Shown: positions 27,848 to 39,736 of the stretch, one piece after another | Layout: each line of letters starts with the position of its first letter | Position numbering within the stretch: position 1 is the stretch's first letter | Origin: Bdellovibrionales bacterium | GTDB taxonomy: Bacteria > Bdellovibrionota > Bdellovibrionia > Bdellovibrionales > UBA1609 | NCBI GenBank assembly: GCA_965200025.1 | Contig: OZ241325.1 | Coordinates: 1,306,743 to 1,370,742, forward strand | DNA length: 64,000 nucleotides | Direction of reading: 5' to 3' | Translations under genes and position numbers: made by a program | The notes under the pieces: generated by a model | Told to the model about the DNA's origin: nothing | The model's database searches: none | The model's input: only the letters and a program-made list of their open reading frames with translations

Positions 27848-29555
27848 AATATGTGAAAAAAGAAACCGACTACTTTCATCTTCCAATAATTTAATTATTT
27901 TAGGTGGGCCTGGTTCGGGAAAAACCACAATTGCTTTGATAAAAGCAAAAGAAGAAGTAAAATCACTATCAAGTAGTCAAAAAATTTTATTTTTAAGTTT
28001 TGCTAGAGCTACAGTCGCTAAAGTTATCGAAAGCTCATCTCAATATATAGATAAAGTGTCCTTGAAATCCATTGAAATCAATACCTACCATGGATTCTTT
28101 TGGAATATTTTAAGAAGTCATGGTTATCTAATTAACAACAACTATCCTTTCAAAATTTTGAATGCAGCTGACGAGGCTGTGAAGATGGCAAATGTAGATC
28201 CAAAAGACAAGAGTATTACTCGTAAAAAAATATTTGAACAAGAAGGTATTGTAGCATTTAATTTGTTTTCTTCCCTGGTCAATAGGTTATTTTCAGGATC
28301 AAAAAAATTAAAATATATAATCTCAAGATCATATCCCATTATCATTGTTGATGAGTTCCAGGATACCAATATTGAGGAATGGGAAACAGTGAAGCTTTTA
28401 AGTGAAACTTCCAGAATTATTGCTCTCGCTGACCCTAATCAAAGAATCTATGATTTTAGAGGAGCTGATCCTGCTCGAATAGGTCAATTTATTGAGCAAT
28501 TAAAACCAGAAACATTCAATTTTGAAAATGAGAATAACAGGAGTTCAACCAAAGATATAACCACATTTGGAAATGACCTTCTTACAGGAGAAAACCAAAG
28601 AAAACAATATCGTGATGTCAAAATCTTTTTTTACAAATATTACGGAAATAACCGTCATGAAATCTATCATCCACTTAAAACGAAAGTAATGGAAGGAATT
28701 AAGAGATTAAATACCGGTATAGACTGGTCAATTGCAATATTACTCCCTACAAAATCTCAAATGTTACAAGCATCAAATTATTTTTCTTCTTCAAAAGACA
28801 AGTTACCTATTATTGAACATGATGTTGCCATTGACTCTGAAGGACCTGAACTTGCTGGAAATTTATTTGCTAAATTATTGGAAAATTTTACCTCAATAGA
28901 AGAAATAAAAAAGCAGATTATTATTCATCTCATAGACCACTTGAAAGGCAGAAAAGGAGATAACCCCACACAACAGGATTTAAAACTTTCAAGAGCATTA
29001 CAAAATTTGTTAAGTAAAAATAAAATTACTGGAACAAGACGGTTAAAATTAATAAAAGAAATAGAATTAATTGCCAATAAAAGATTTAATCTGAGATTCA
29101 CAGGTAATCCTTTGGATGATTGGCGAAGTAATGTAGATTTATTTAATAACTATAAAAATGAAGATGCTTTAAAAAATATCAAAGAAGATGCAAAGTATAT
29201 AAGATTATTACATATAGGTTCTCATCTCAGAGAATCTTTAAATCGCTCCTGGAAAGATTATGGTTGTTACAATAATGCCAGTAAAAATTTTCGATCAGTA
29301 ATTCAGAAAGAAAATTTATCCACAAATATTAAAAAATCTTCCAAAATTAATATAATGACTATACATAAATCCAAAGGAAAACAATTTAATGAAGTTTTTC
29401 TTTTTGAAGGACTTTATACAGGTCGATTTGTACGACAACCAAAAGAACAAAAAAGTGTTGACCAATCCAGATTAATCTTAAGAGTCGGTGCCACAAGAGC
29501 AATGGATCGGGTCACCATATTATCTCCTGATAGTAAAAAGTGTGAAATACTATAA
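27837..29555 (+). CDS. gajB: UvrD/PcrA/Rep-family SF1 helicase, GajB-like
   Basis: Motif I GGPGSGKTT (27903-27929), motif II IIIVDEFQDTN (28350-28364), TIHKSKGKQF and VGATRAMDRV. It overlaps the upstream gene by 11 nt. Confidence 0.8.
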   Translation: MKIKICEKRNRLLSSSNNLIILGGPGSGKTTIALIKAKEEVKSLSSSQKILFLSFARATVAKVIESSSQYIDKVSLKSIEINTYHGFFWNILRSHGYLINNNYPFKILNAADEAVKMANVDPKDKSITRKKIFEQEGIVAFNLFSSLVNRLFSGSKKLKYIISRSYPIIIVDEFQDTNIEEWETVKLLSETSRIIALADPNQRIYDFRGADPARIGQFIEQLKPETFNFENENNRSSTKDITTFGNDLLTGENQRKQYRDVKIFFYKYYGNNRHEIYHPLKTKVMEGIKRLNTGIDWSIAILLPTKSQMLQASNYFSSSKDKLPIIEHDVAIDSEGPELAGNLFAKLLENFTSIEEIKKQIIIHLIDHLKGRKGDNPTQQDLKLSRALQNLLSKNKITGTRRLKLIKEIELIANKRFNLRFTGNPLDDWRSNVDLFNNYKNEDALKNIKEDAKYIRLLHIGSHLRESLNRSWKDYGCYNNASKNFRSVIQKENLSTNIKKSSKINIMTIHKSKGKQFNEVFLFEGLYTGRFVRQPKEQKSVDQSRLILRVGATRAMDRVTILSPDSKKCEIL

Positions 29556-29652
29556 CCGACGTTTAATCTTTTTTAATTTTTCCACTGGTCTTTGGTTTTG
29601 AAGATATAGTCTTGCCATACCACCATATAGTCAACTTGAACCAACAAAACTT

Positions 29653-32600
29653 TCAGGCGGTGGCGTTTTCTGTACCGGGATGGGTGGCTTCATCCTCAAC
29701 AGAGGAAGCCACTGTACCAGGGAGTTCCACCTGCTCATCCTCTTCGGCCTCATTAAAAACCAGCTTCCAGTTTCGGTAAGCGTTTAAGCCGGTACCAGCG
29801 GGAATCAGCCGGCCCATCACAATGTTTTCTTTCAGGCCGGAAAGCTCATCCGCTTTGGACTGAACAGCCGCCTCCGTAAGTACCTTTGTAGTCTCCTGAA
29901 AAGAGGCTGCAGAAATCCAGCTGTCTGTACTTAAGGACATGCGGGTAATACCAATCAAAAGCACCTTGTATTGTACAGGCTTTCCACCTGTTTTTTGCAA
30001 ATGCCTGTTCACATTTATCACCTCTGCCCTGTCTATTTGATCCCCCACCAAATAGCGGCTGTCCCCAGGTTCCAACACCTCCACCTTCTTCAGCATTTGA
30101 GAGACAATCACCTCAATATGCTTGTCATTAATCACCACACCCTGAAGCCTGTAAACCGCCTGTATCTCATCAATCAGGTAAGAAGCTAAAGCATAAGTCC
30201 CGGATATGTGTAAAATATCATGGGGATCACTCAAACCATCCATAATGGTCTCCCCCATTTTAATATACTCCCCCTCTCTGACAGCAATATGCTTCCCCTT
30301 GGGAACCAGATACTCCCTTTGTTCCCCCTCTTTCGAAGTCACAATCACACTCTGCTTGCCTTTGGAACCTTTACCAAAACTTACAGAACCTTCAATTTCA
30401 CAAATAATGGCTGCATCTTTTGGTTTTCGGGCTTCAAAAAGTTCTGCCACCCGGGGAAGCCCCCCTGTGATGTCTTTCGTCTTGGTGGATTTTTTATGAA
30501 TCTTGGCTATCATATCCCCGGCACGAATCTGATCTCCGTGGGAAACCAAAACCTGTGCCCCCACAGGAATGGTGTAAGAAATGGGAGTCCCCCTGTCTGC
30601 AAATATCAAAGCCTTTCCCTTTCCGTCCACCAAAGCAATGCTGGGTTTTTGATCCGAAGATTTGCTCTTAATAATAATCTTGGTGGAAAAACCGGTCACC
30701 GCATCCACCTGCTCTGTCATGGAAACACCCTCCTCAATATCAATAAACTTCACAAAGCCGTTCTCATCAGCCACAATAATGTTGGAGTAAGGATCCCACT
30801 CAGCCAGCAAATCCCCTTTATTGACCTGATCTCCATCCTTTACACTCAGTACAGAACCATAAGGAACCTGCAGGCGATCCCGCTCCCGGCCCGTGCCATC
30901 TGTAATAACAATCTCCCCGCTCCGGTTAATCACCCGAAGTTTGCCATGCCGGTTGACCACAGAAGTCACATTCTCAAACTGCACCTTTCCACTGTAACGG
31001 GTGGTGTGCACAGACTGCTCAATGGAACGGGAGGCCGTACCCCCTGTGTGAAAAGTCTTCATCGTCAGCTGTGTCCCCGGTTCCCCAATGGACTGGGCGG
31101 CTATCACCCCCACAGGTTCGCCCAAATTGACTGTTTTTCCCCGGGCCAAATCCCTTCCATAACATTTGATGCAAATTCCCCTGTGAGCTTTACAGGTTAA
31201 AGACGATCGGATTTTCACCGACTCAATACTTAAGGACTTCAGTTCCTCCAGAACATACTCATCCAGCTCCTCACCGGCTTTGACAATCACTTCTTTGGTT
31301 TCCGTATGAATAATATCCTCAAAACTGGTGCGACCCAAAACCCTGTCACTTAAAGACTGCACCATACCACTGCCCTCTCCCGGGGCCCGCACAGTTACAA
31401 ACTCTTCTGTCTTGCAGTCCATTTCAGTAATCACCACATCCTGTGCCACATCCACCAGCTTACGGGTCAGGTACCCGGAGTTGGCTGTTTTTAAAGCTGT
31501 GTCTGCAAGTCCTTTTCTGGCCCCATGTGTGGAAATAAAATACTGAAGCACAGTCAAACCCTCCCGAAAGTTGGCGGTAATGGGAGTTTCAATAATCTCC
31601 TGTGAGGGTTTTGCCATAAGTCCCCTCATTCCCGCCAGCTGGCGAATTTGGGCGGCAGATCCCCTGGCCCCGGAATCCGCCATAATAAAAATGGAGTTAA
31701 AACTGTCGGATTCCACCTGCGTGCCGTCTTTCAGTGTAAAAGAATCTTTTTCCAGATTGTTCATCATTTCTTTTGCCACCTGGTCCCCACACTGAGTCCA
31801 TATATCCACCACTTTGTTATATCTTTCACTGTCGGTGATCAGACCCTCATCGTATTGGGTTCTGATCTCATCCACTTCCTTTCGGGCCTGAGACAAAAGT
31901 TTTTCTTTGGACTTGGGAATCACCAGGTCATCCAGACAGATGGAAATACCGGCCAGTGTGGAATACTTATACCCATAGTTTTTTAAACCATCCGCCAGAA
32001 GAACAGTCTTTTTTCCCCCACACAATCTGAAAGTTCTGTCAATGAGTTCTGCCAGGGCTTGCTTGTTCATGGTTTTGTTGTAACACTCCACCGGTACTTC
32101 CGGAGGAATAATATCACTCAACAAAGCACAACCCACGGAAGTGTCCATCAGTTTGTTTTTCATCCGACACTTGATAGCCGCCTGCAAATCCACATACCCG
32201 TTCTCATGGGCGTAAATCACATCCTGCACACTTCCGAAAACAGCCCCTGTCCCCTTTGCTCCAGGGCGAATTCTGGTCATCCAGTAAATCCCCAACACAA
32301 TATCCTGTGTGGGATTGATAATGGGTTTTCCGTTGGCAGGGCTTAAAATGTTGTTGGTGGACATAATCAGAACCCGGGATTCCACCTGAGCCTCCACCGA
32401 AAGAGGCACATGGACAGCCATCTGATCCCCATCAAAGTCCGCATTAAAAGCTGTACAAACCAAAGGGTGAAGCTGAATGGCCTTGCCTTCATGAAGAACC
32501 GGCTCAAAAGCCTGAATACCCAGGCGATGCAGAGTGGGGGCCCGGTTCAACAGCACAGGATGCTCTTTCACCACTTCAGACAAAATATCCCAAACCTCCA

Positions 32601-33816
32601 CACTTTCCTGATCCACAAGCTTCTTGGCCTGTTTGATGGTCACTGCCAGCTGACGCTCCTGAAGTTTGTTATAGACAAAAGGTTTAAAAAGCTCCAAAGC
32701 CATTTTTTTTGGCAAACCACACTGATGAAGCCGGAGTTTTGGACCCACCACAATCACTGATCGGCCTGAGTAATCCACCCTCTTACCCAAAAGGTTTTGA
32801 CGAAACCGACCCTGTTTTCCCTTAAGCATATCGCTTAAAGATCTGAGAGGTCTTTTGTTGGGGGACATAAAGGGCTTTCCCCCCCGGCCATTGTCCAGAA
32901 GGGAATCCACGGCCTCCTGAAGCATTCTTTTCTCATTCCGGATAATCACCTCAGGGGCGGAAAGCTCCTGAAGTTTACGCAAACGATTGTTACGGTTAAT
33001 CACCCGCCGGTAAAGATCATTTAAATCAGAGGCTGCAAACCGGCCCCCATCCAGAGGAACCAAAGGTCTTAAATCCGGTGGAATCACAGGCAAAATCTCA
33101 AGCATCATCCATTCCGGACGATTCCCGGAGTGAAGAAAAGTTTCCACCACACGGAGTTGCCTGGTGAGTTTTTTGGTGAGAGTAACCAGCTTGGTTTCTC
33201 TGAGTTGCTTTCTGATTTTCCGGGATAAAAAATCCAGATCCAAATCTTTAAGCATGGCGTGAATGGCCTCCCCCCCCACAGAAACCACAAAGTGCGGACC
33301 GTATTTGGCACCCGCCTCCTGATACTCCATTTCTGAAAGCAGCTGGCCTTTTTTTAAATCCGTGTCTTTGGGATCCAAAACCACATAAGACTCACAATAA
33401 AGCACTTTTTCCACATCCTTAAAACTCATATCCAGCAAAATGGCAATGCGGCTGGGAAGGGAACGCAACATCCACACATGAGCCACAGGAGAGGCCAGCT
33501 GAATGTGTCCGGTACGCTCCCTTCTGACTTTCGATTTGGTAACCTCCACCCCACACTTTTCACATATTGTACTTCTGTACTTCATACCCTTGTACTTGCC
33601 ACACAAACATTCATAATCCCTTGAGGGACCAAAAATTTTGGCACAAAAAAGACCTTCCCTTTCCGGCTTAAAAGTCCGGTAGTTAATGGTCTCAGGTTTT
33701 CTCACCTCCCCGTAGCTCCACTTGCGTATCATCTCCGGGGAAGCCAAAGACACCCGCACTCTGTTAAAAGCCAAAGGGTCTTTTGGTTTTTCAAAAAAAT
33801 TTAAAAGATCTCTCAT
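29653..33816 (-). CDS. rpoC: DNA-directed RNA polymerase subunit beta'
   Basis: Unambiguous: the NADFDGD catalytic motif, zinc-binding CxC..C..C near the N-terminus, and 1387 aa. Confidence 0.98.
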   Translation of the reverse strand: MRDLLNFFEKPKDPLAFNRVRVSLASPEMIRKWSYGEVRKPETINYRTFKPEREGLFCAKIFGPSRDYECLCGKYKGMKYRSTICEKCGVEVTKSKVRRERTGHIQLASPVAHVWMLRSLPSRIAILLDMSFKDVEKVLYCESYVVLDPKDTDLKKGQLLSEMEYQEAGAKYGPHFVVSVGGEAIHAMLKDLDLDFLSRKIRKQLRETKLVTLTKKLTRQLRVVETFLHSGNRPEWMMLEILPVIPPDLRPLVPLDGGRFAASDLNDLYRRVINRNNRLRKLQELSAPEVIIRNEKRMLQEAVDSLLDNGRGGKPFMSPNKRPLRSLSDMLKGKQGRFRQNLLGKRVDYSGRSVIVVGPKLRLHQCGLPKKMALELFKPFVYNKLQERQLAVTIKQAKKLVDQESVEVWDILSEVVKEHPVLLNRAPTLHRLGIQAFEPVLHEGKAIQLHPLVCTAFNADFDGDQMAVHVPLSVEAQVESRVLIMSTNNILSPANGKPIINPTQDIVLGIYWMTRIRPGAKGTGAVFGSVQDVIYAHENGYVDLQAAIKCRMKNKLMDTSVGCALLSDIIPPEVPVECYNKTMNKQALAELIDRTFRLCGGKKTVLLADGLKNYGYKYSTLAGISICLDDLVIPKSKEKLLSQARKEVDEIRTQYDEGLITDSERYNKVVDIWTQCGDQVAKEMMNNLEKDSFTLKDGTQVESDSFNSIFIMADSGARGSAAQIRQLAGMRGLMAKPSQEIIETPITANFREGLTVLQYFISTHGARKGLADTALKTANSGYLTRKLVDVAQDVVITEMDCKTEEFVTVRAPGEGSGMVQSLSDRVLGRTSFEDIIHTETKEVIVKAGEELDEYVLEELKSLSIESVKIRSSLTCKAHRGICIKCYGRDLARGKTVNLGEPVGVIAAQSIGEPGTQLTMKTFHTGGTASRSIEQSVHTTRYSGKVQFENVTSVVNRHGKLRVINRSGEIVITDGTGRERDRLQVPYGSVLSVKDGDQVNKGDLLAEWDPYSNIIVADENGFVKFIDIEEGVSMTEQVDAVTGFSTKIIIKSKSSDQKPSIALVDGKGKALIFADRGTPISYTIPVGAQVLVSHGDQIRAGDMIAKIHKKSTKTKDITGGLPRVAELFEARKPKDAAIICEIEGSVSFGKGSKGKQSVIVTSKEGEQREYLVPKGKHIAVREGEYIKMGETIMDGLSDPHDILHISGTYALASYLIDEIQAVYRLQGVVINDKHIEVIVSQMLKKVEVLEPGDSRYLVGDQIDRAEVINVNRHLQKTGGKPVQYKVLLIGITRMSLSTDSWISAASFQETTKVLTEAAVQSKADELSGLKENIVMGRLIPAGTGLNAYRNWKLVFNEAEEDEQVELPGTVASSVEDEATHPGTENATA

Positions 33817-33852
33817 AGTGTTGTTTCTCCCCCTCCACTGTTGTTTGTGGTT

Positions 33853-36800
33853 TTATTTTCCCTTTTTGTCAGGAGTCTCTGTCAATAAATCAGATTCCAC
33901 CATTTCCACATTTAAACCCAGGCTTTGCAACTCTTTCACAAGAACATTAAAGGATTCAGGAATTCCCGGCTCCAAAATATTTTCCCCTTTGACAATGCTT
34001 TCGTACATACGGGTCCGGCCGGCCACATCATCTGATTTCACAGTTAAAAATTCCTGAAGACAATAAGCCGCTCCATAAGCCTCAATGGCCCACACCTCCA
34101 TTTCCCCCAGTCTTTGACCCCCAAACTGAGCCTTTCCACCCAGAGGCTGCTGAGAGACCAAAGAATAAGGTCCAATGGACCGGGCATGAATTTTCTCCTC
34201 CACCAGGTGATGCAGTTTGAGCATATACATCACCCCCACTGTAACGGGACGCTTAAACGGCTCGCCCGTCCGGCCGTCAAACAACAGGGTTTGTCCGCTG
34301 ACGGGTAAAGAGGCTTTTTTCAGTAAGTTTTTTACATCCGTCTCTTTGGCCCCATCAAACACAGGAGTGGCAATACAAAGCCCGCCTGCCAAATCCCCAA
34401 GCATTTTCTTTAAAGAGGAACCATCGGCATTTTGCACCTTCTGTAAGATGGTTTTGTTGTCTTTGTAAAAATCCATCAGATGCTGCCGGGTTTGCTGGGC
34501 TTTAAAGTTGTCGATATGCACCTGAAGCTGACGACCCAGAGCATGGGCTGCCCAACCCAAATGGGTTTCCAGAATTTGTCCAATGTTCATACGGGAAGGC
34601 ACACCCAGGGGGTTGAGTACCATGTCCACAGGGGTTCCGTCCATGAGGTAGGGCATGTTTTCCTCCGGTAAAATATGGGAAATAACCCCTTTGTTACCAT
34701 GACGACCTGCAAACTTGTCCCCCACTTGCAGTTTTCTCTTCACTGCCACATACACTTTCACCATTTTTATCACCCCGGGGGGCATCTCATCCCCTTTGGA
34801 AAGCCGGGTCATTTTATCCTGAAAAACAGTCTCCACCACAGACAAACGATTTTTGGCCTGCTCCACAATTCGGGCAGCCTCTTCACGGGCCTTGTCGTTT
34901 TTTAAAGACACATAAGCCAAAAGCTCAAACGGCACACGATCCACATCCTCAGAGGTGATGGTCCGGCCCGCTGCCAGCAGCTCTTCTGAACCATCATCAC
35001 TGAGTAAAACTTCAGAGGTTTTTTGACCGGTAAGCACCTCCTTAACCTGATCGATGGAGTTGTTGTAAATGATCTTTTTTTCAATCTCAAACTCCCTGTT
35101 CATTTTGTCTTTTTTCTCCTGAACAATGGTTTTCAGCCTTTCGTTTCTGTCCATGGGATCCCGGCTATAAACCTGAGTGTCAATCACTGTGCCTGTCACA
35201 CCTGAGGGGGTGTAAAGGGAAGTGTCCCTGACCTCTCCCGCTTTTTCCCCAAAAATGGCCAGCAGGAGTTTTTTCTCAGGAGAGATTTGTGTTTCCCCCT
35301 TTGGAGTCACCTTACCCACCAAAATATCACCGGGCCGGACTTTGGCACCAATACGGATAATGCCGGAGCCATCCAGGTCCTTTAAAACCTCCTCCCCCAC
35401 ATTGGCAATGTCAGAGGTGATCTCCTCCCCACCCAGCTTGGTGTCCCGGGCCACACATTCAAACTCCTCAATATGAATGGAGGTATAAACATCGTCCTTA
35501 ATCAAACGCTCTGAGATCAGTATGGAATCTTCAAAATTGTAACCGGCCCAGGGGGTAAAAGCCACCAGCACATTTTGCCCCAAAGCCAACTCCCCTTTAT
35601 CTGTGGCCGGGCCATCGGCAATAATATCCCCTTTACTGACCTTATCCCCTGTATTCACAATAGGTCTGTGGTTAAAGCAGGTGTTTTGATTGGTTTTTTG
35701 ATACTTGATGAGGTTGTAAATATTCACACTGGCCCCCAGCTTGCCACTCTTGTGAAAAAGCCTGACCACAATACGGGCGGCATCCACTTCTTCCACAATT
35801 CCATCGGCCCGGCAAATTACAGAAGTGCCGGAATCACGGGCCACCAGGCGTTCCACCCCTGTTCCCACCAAAGGGGCCTTGGCCTTCATCAAAGGCACAG
35901 CCTGCCTTTGCATATTGGATCCCATAAGAGCCCGGTTGGCATCGTTGTGTTCCAGAAAGGGAATCAGGGAGGCCGCAATGGACACCAGCTGGGAGGGGGA
36001 CACATCCATAAGGGAAACCTCTGATTTTTTAACTGTTTTGTATTCCCCATCCACCCGGACAGTAACACTCTGATCTGCTGACATACGATGAAATCCCGGA
36101 TCGGCCTGGGCAATACAATGGTTTTGTTCCCCCAAAGCAGAAATGTATTTTACCTCCGTACTCACCTTGTTACTTTTGACCTCACAATAAGGGGTTTCAA
36201 TAAATCCATAAGGGTTAATGCGGGCAAAGGTGGCCAGAGAGGCAATCAAACCAATGTTGGGGCCTTCGGGAGTCTCGATAGGACAGATTCTTCCGTAATG
36301 GGTGGGGTGTACATCACGCACTTCAAAGCCCGCTCTGTCCCGGGTCAAACCTCCAGGACCCAAAGCCGAAAGCCTTCTCTTGTGAGTGATCTCAGAGAGA
36401 GGATTTGTCTGATCCATAAACTGCGAGAGCTGGGAGGAACCAAAAAACTCCTTAATCACCGCTGACACAGATTTGGCGTTGATCAGATCGTGAGGCATCA
36501 TGGTTTCCAAATCTTTTTGGTTCATACGCTCCTTGATGACTCTTTCCATACGGACCAGGCCAATACGATACTGGTTCTCCAAAAGTTCCCCCACAGAGCG
36601 TACCCGCCGGTTCCCCAGGTGATCAATATCATCCACCTGCCCCTTCCCGTTTTTTAAATCGATAAGCTCTTTAAAAATGTTCAACACATCCTCTTTGTGC
36701 AGAACACAGGAGGAGGAGGGGTCTTTCTTCATAGCAGGGGATTTGTCCCCAAAACGATGACGCATTTTCAGCCGGCCCACTTCACCCAGGTCGTAAGTTT

Positions 36801-38007
36801 CCGGGGCAAAAAACAAACGATGAAAAAAGTTTTGTGCCGCTTCCAGAGCCGGAGGTTCCCCGGGACGCATCTTTTTATAAATATCCAAAAGAGCCTCCTC
36901 ATAAGTGGAGACTTTGTCTGTAAGCAAAGTGTTGCTTAAGTAAGGTCCCACAGAAAAGCCCTCAAAAAAGATTAGATGAAATTTGGAAATCTTATGGGAC
37001 AAAGCCTGTTTAAAAATCTCCTCTGTCAAAGCCTGGTTGGTGTCAGCAATAATCTCTCCTGTGAGGGGGTCAAAAACAGGCTCAGCGGTTACAGCACCAT
37101 TTAAATCCGAAGGCTGAAGAGGTATTTTTTTCACTTTGGCCTGAAGCACTCTCTGAATCACAGAGCGTGTGACCCTTCTGCCCTGCTTGCCCAGCACATT
37201 TCCCTTTTTGTCTTTTATGTCAGAAAGAATCCTCTGCCCGGCCATTTTTTCAATATCAATGTACCGGTAGATCTTCCCCTTAGCCTCCACTTTCACAAGG
37301 GACAGATCGTAAAAGTGCTTCAGTATTTCCTCTGTACTCAAGCCCAAAGCCTTTAAAAAAACCGTGGCGGGAAATTTACGTTTTCTGTCAATACGGGCAT
37401 ACATCAGATCTTTGTGATCAAATTCAAAATCCAGCCACGAGCCACGGTAAGGAATCACACGGGCAGAGTAAATCAGCTTTCCACTGGTATTGGACCTGCC
37501 ATCATCATGATCAAAAAACACACCCGGAGACCTGTGCAGCTGGGAAACAATAACCCTCTCAGTACCATTAATAATAAAAGACCCGCTTTCTGTCATTAAG
37601 GGGATATCCCCGAGAAAAACCTCCTGCTCTTTAACATCACGGATGCTTTTTTCCCCGGAACCCTCCTGCACATCAAAAACCACCAAACGAAGCAGAATTT
37701 TTAAAGGGGCGGCATAGCTCATTTTTCTTTGCCGGCACTCCTCAATATCATAGCTGGGATGATCCAATGTGTAACGAACAAACTCCAGCTGCAAGGCCCC
37801 CTTGTAATCGTTAATGGGAAAAATGGACTTAAACACCGCCTGAAGACCCTGTAAGCCCCGCTTGTCCGGATCCACATCCTTTTGTAAAAAATTTTCATAA
37901 GAGTTTTTTTGCAGTTCAATAAGATTGGGAACTCCCACAGCATGGGAGGCCAGACCAAACTTTTTTCTTAACCGCAAATGAGATGCCGTAACTGCCACTT
38001 TCTGCAT
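33853..38007 (-). CDS. rpoB: DNA-directed RNA polymerase subunit beta
   Basis: Unambiguous conserved blocks ([27 protein letters not shown]). 1384 aa. Confidence 0.98.
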   Translation of the reverse strand: MQKVAVTASHLRLRKKFGLASHAVGVPNLIELQKNSYENFLQKDVDPDKRGLQGLQAVFKSIFPINDYKGALQLEFVRYTLDHPSYDIEECRQRKMSYAAPLKILLRLVVFDVQEGSGEKSIRDVKEQEVFLGDIPLMTESGSFIINGTERVIVSQLHRSPGVFFDHDDGRSNTSGKLIYSARVIPYRGSWLDFEFDHKDLMYARIDRKRKFPATVFLKALGLSTEEILKHFYDLSLVKVEAKGKIYRYIDIEKMAGQRILSDIKDKKGNVLGKQGRRVTRSVIQRVLQAKVKKIPLQPSDLNGAVTAEPVFDPLTGEIIADTNQALTEEIFKQALSHKISKFHLIFFEGFSVGPYLSNTLLTDKVSTYEEALLDIYKKMRPGEPPALEAAQNFFHRLFFAPETYDLGEVGRLKMRHRFGDKSPAMKKDPSSSCVLHKEDVLNIFKELIDLKNGKGQVDDIDHLGNRRVRSVGELLENQYRIGLVRMERVIKERMNQKDLETMMPHDLINAKSVSAVIKEFFGSSQLSQFMDQTNPLSEITHKRRLSALGPGGLTRDRAGFEVRDVHPTHYGRICPIETPEGPNIGLIASLATFARINPYGFIETPYCEVKSNKVSTEVKYISALGEQNHCIAQADPGFHRMSADQSVTVRVDGEYKTVKKSEVSLMDVSPSQLVSIAASLIPFLEHNDANRALMGSNMQRQAVPLMKAKAPLVGTGVERLVARDSGTSVICRADGIVEEVDAARIVVRLFHKSGKLGASVNIYNLIKYQKTNQNTCFNHRPIVNTGDKVSKGDIIADGPATDKGELALGQNVLVAFTPWAGYNFEDSILISERLIKDDVYTSIHIEEFECVARDTKLGGEEITSDIANVGEEVLKDLDGSGIIRIGAKVRPGDILVGKVTPKGETQISPEKKLLLAIFGEKAGEVRDTSLYTPSGVTGTVIDTQVYSRDPMDRNERLKTIVQEKKDKMNREFEIEKKIIYNNSIDQVKEVLTGQKTSEVLLSDDGSEELLAAGRTITSEDVDRVPFELLAYVSLKNDKAREEAARIVEQAKNRLSVVETVFQDKMTRLSKGDEMPPGVIKMVKVYVAVKRKLQVGDKFAGRHGNKGVISHILPEENMPYLMDGTPVDMVLNPLGVPSRMNIGQILETHLGWAAHALGRQLQVHIDNFKAQQTRQHLMDFYKDNKTILQKVQNADGSSLKKMLGDLAGGLCIATPVFDGAKETDVKNLLKKASLPVSGQTLLFDGRTGEPFKRPVTVGVMYMLKLHHLVEEKIHARSIGPYSLVSQQPLGGKAQFGGQRLGEMEVWAIEAYGAAYCLQEFLTVKSDDVAGRTRMYESIVKGENILEPGIPESFNVLVKELQSLGLNVEMVESDLLTETPDKKGK

Positions 38008-38073
38008 TCGTCCTCCTTTTAAAAAACTTCAGACTGTAAAACAGAGCTTAAGATAAAAAAACCACCATTAAGT

Positions 38074-38451
38074 TTATTGAACTTCAATCTTGGCACCTGC
38101 TTTTTCCAAAGCCGCCTTGATTTTATCCGCTTCCTCTTTAGGTATTTTTTCTTTAATCATCTTGGGGGCGGCATCCACCAAATCCTTGGCCTCTTTTAAG
38201 CCCAGGCCTGTCAGACTTCGAACCTCTTTGATAACAGCAATTTTATTGGAACCCACACTGGCCAAAGTGACATTAAACTCTGTTTTTTCCTCAGCCTGTG
38301 CACCCCCCTGGGCCTGAGGGGCTGCTGCCACCACGGGTGCGGCCTGTGCACTCACGCCCCATTTGTCCTCCAGGTCTTTAATCAGACCTGCAAGCTCTAT
38401 CACCGGCAGCTGAGACAAATGATCAATCAATTGTTCTTTACTTATGTTCAT
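38074..38451 (-). CDS. rplL: 50S ribosomal protein L7/L12
   Basis: Ala-rich hinge and the C-terminal domain [23 protein letters not shown]. Confidence 0.95.
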   Translation of the reverse strand: MNISKEQLIDHLSQLPVIELAGLIKDLEDKWGVSAQAAPVVAAAPQAQGGAQAEEKTEFNVTLASVGSNKIAVIKEVRSLTGLGLKEAKDLVDAAPKMIKEKIPKEEADKIKAALEKAGAKIEVQ

Positions 38452-38472
38452 AACTTCCTCCCTATGGTTTTT

Positions 38473-39009
38473 TTACTGTTTTTTTTGTTTGTCCTTATAT
38501 TCTGAAAAGACTCTTAAAGCCCCCTCCGGCAGGGTACAAAAAACTCTTAAAAGCCGGGACAAAGGGGCTGAAAACACAGAAAGCAGTCTGGCTCTTAACA
38601 CAGCTTGCGAAGGTAAAGTGGCCAGCAGATTAATATCCTTCACCCCTAAAGCCTGAGTACCCATAAACCCCTGTCGGATTTGTAAATGCTCTGTATCCTT
38701 TGCGTAACGGGACAAAATTTTTGCCGTCTCACAAGGGTCTTCAAAAGCAAATACAAAGGCACAGGAACCATTCAAATGGGGGCCAAAGCTTTCACTGATC
38801 TCTTTTTTTTGACTGCTTAAGGCTTTTTTTACCAAAGTGTTTCTAAACACCTTCATTTCAGATTTTTTTTCTTTTTTAAGCTCTTTTCTCAAAGCTGTGA
38901 TTTGCCCCACATCCATGCCCTTAAAGCTCATCAAAAAAGCCGCTTTTGACTTCCCGAGGTGAGAGGAAAACTCCTGCACCATTTTTTCTTTGTTCTCTCT
39001 AAAAATCAA
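38473..39009 (-). CDS. rplJ: 50S ribosomal protein L10
   Basis: Its position between rplA and rplL, and the L10-like sequence (FKGMDVGQITALRKELKK). TTG start. Confidence 0.9.
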   Translation of the reverse strand: MIFRENKEKMVQEFSSHLGKSKAAFLMSFKGMDVGQITALRKELKKEKKSEMKVFRNTLVKKALSSQKKEISESFGPHLNGSCAFVFAFEDPCETAKILSRYAKDTEHLQIRQGFMGTQALGVKDINLLATLPSQAVLRARLLSVFSAPLSRLLRVFCTLPEGALRVFSEYKDKQKKQ

Positions 39010-39028
39010 CTCTTCTGCCCTCTTTTGT

Positions 39029-39730
39029 TTAATTCAAATGAGTTTGACACTCATTCATGTTCAAAGGAACGGGAGGCCCCATGGTGGAGGAAAGCACCAT
39101 CTTTTTTAAAAACACCCCTTTGCTGGAATGAGGTTTGAGTTTTATCACCTCACTTAAAAAAGCCAAAAAATTTTGTTTCAAACCTTCCACCCCCATGGAT
39201 CTCCTTCCAATGCAGCTGTGAACCAAACCATTTTTACCTGCCCGGATATGAGCTTTGCCTTTTTTTTCGGCCCGCACGGCTGGCCCCACTTTGACAGTGA
39301 CTGTACCTGATTTGGGATTGGGCATCAAACCTTTGGGACCCAGAATTTTAGCCACTTTTGAAACCAGAGGCATCATATCCGGAGTGGCAATCACCCGGTC
39401 AAAATCCAACCATCCCTCCTCTTTGATTTTCTTTATCATATCTTCACTGCCTGTGTGATCCGCACCCTCTTTTTTGGCCTCCTCTTCACTGGCCCCTTTG
39501 GCAAGCACCAAAATCCGCACCTTGCGGCCTAAGCCATTGGGCAGCACCACCTGTCCCCGGACCTGTTGATCGTTTTTGCGTGTATCCACTCCCAAAGACA
39601 TCACAATATCTATGGATTCATCGAATTGGGCTGCGGGGTGGTCCACCAAAAACTTCAAAGCCTCCTCCAAAGGGTAAGGTTTATCAGAACTTAAACGAGA
39701 TGCAATCTGTTTATATTTTTTACCACTCAT
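39029..39730 (-). CDS. rplA: 50S ribosomal protein L1
   Basis: Motifs DPRKNDQQVRGQVVLPNGLG and ATPDMMPLVSKVAKILGPKGLMPNPK. Confidence 0.95.
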   Translation of the reverse strand: MSGKKYKQIASRLSSDKPYPLEEALKFLVDHPAAQFDESIDIVMSLGVDTRKNDQQVRGQVVLPNGLGRKVRILVLAKGASEEEAKKEGADHTGSEDMIKKIKEEGWLDFDRVIATPDMMPLVSKVAKILGPKGLMPNPKSGTVTVKVGPAVRAEKKGKAHIRAGKNGLVHSCIGRRSMGVEGLKQNFLAFLSEVIKLKPHSSKGVFLKKMVLSSTMGPPVPLNMNECQTHLN

Positions 39731-39736
39731 GGTTTT

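Larger units (their letters stand above)
22964..29652. other. AT-rich genomic (defence) island between tRNA-Pro and the rpoC stop
   Basis: There is a visible shift to AT-rich DNA and K/N/I-rich proteins immediately after the tRNA CCA end. Backbone composition returns at rpoC. The island holds three co-oriented genes: an R-M-S fusion, an OLD nuclease and a UvrD helicase. I found no integrase and no att-like repeat. Confidence 0.65.

Noticed and set aside
22930-29652. Search for an att-type direct repeat of the tRNA-Pro 3' end at the far island border, and for an integrase
   Set aside because: Nothing longer than about 5 nt (ccgac) matches between 22930-22963 and 29556-29652, and there is no recombinase ORF. 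I therefore do not call it a mobile element, only an island.
29971-37958. Many plus-strand ORFs inside rpoC/rpoB (e.g. 30220-31200, 326 aa; 35575-36024, 149 aa)
   Set aside because: These are antisense shadow ORFs of two unambiguous, highly conserved genes. Their products are low-complexity and have no motifs.
38008-38073. Possible rplL-rpoB attenuator or terminator hairpin
   Set aside because: Only weak 5-bp complementarity (CTTAA/TTAAG) is present, with no convincing GC-rich stem plus U-tract.
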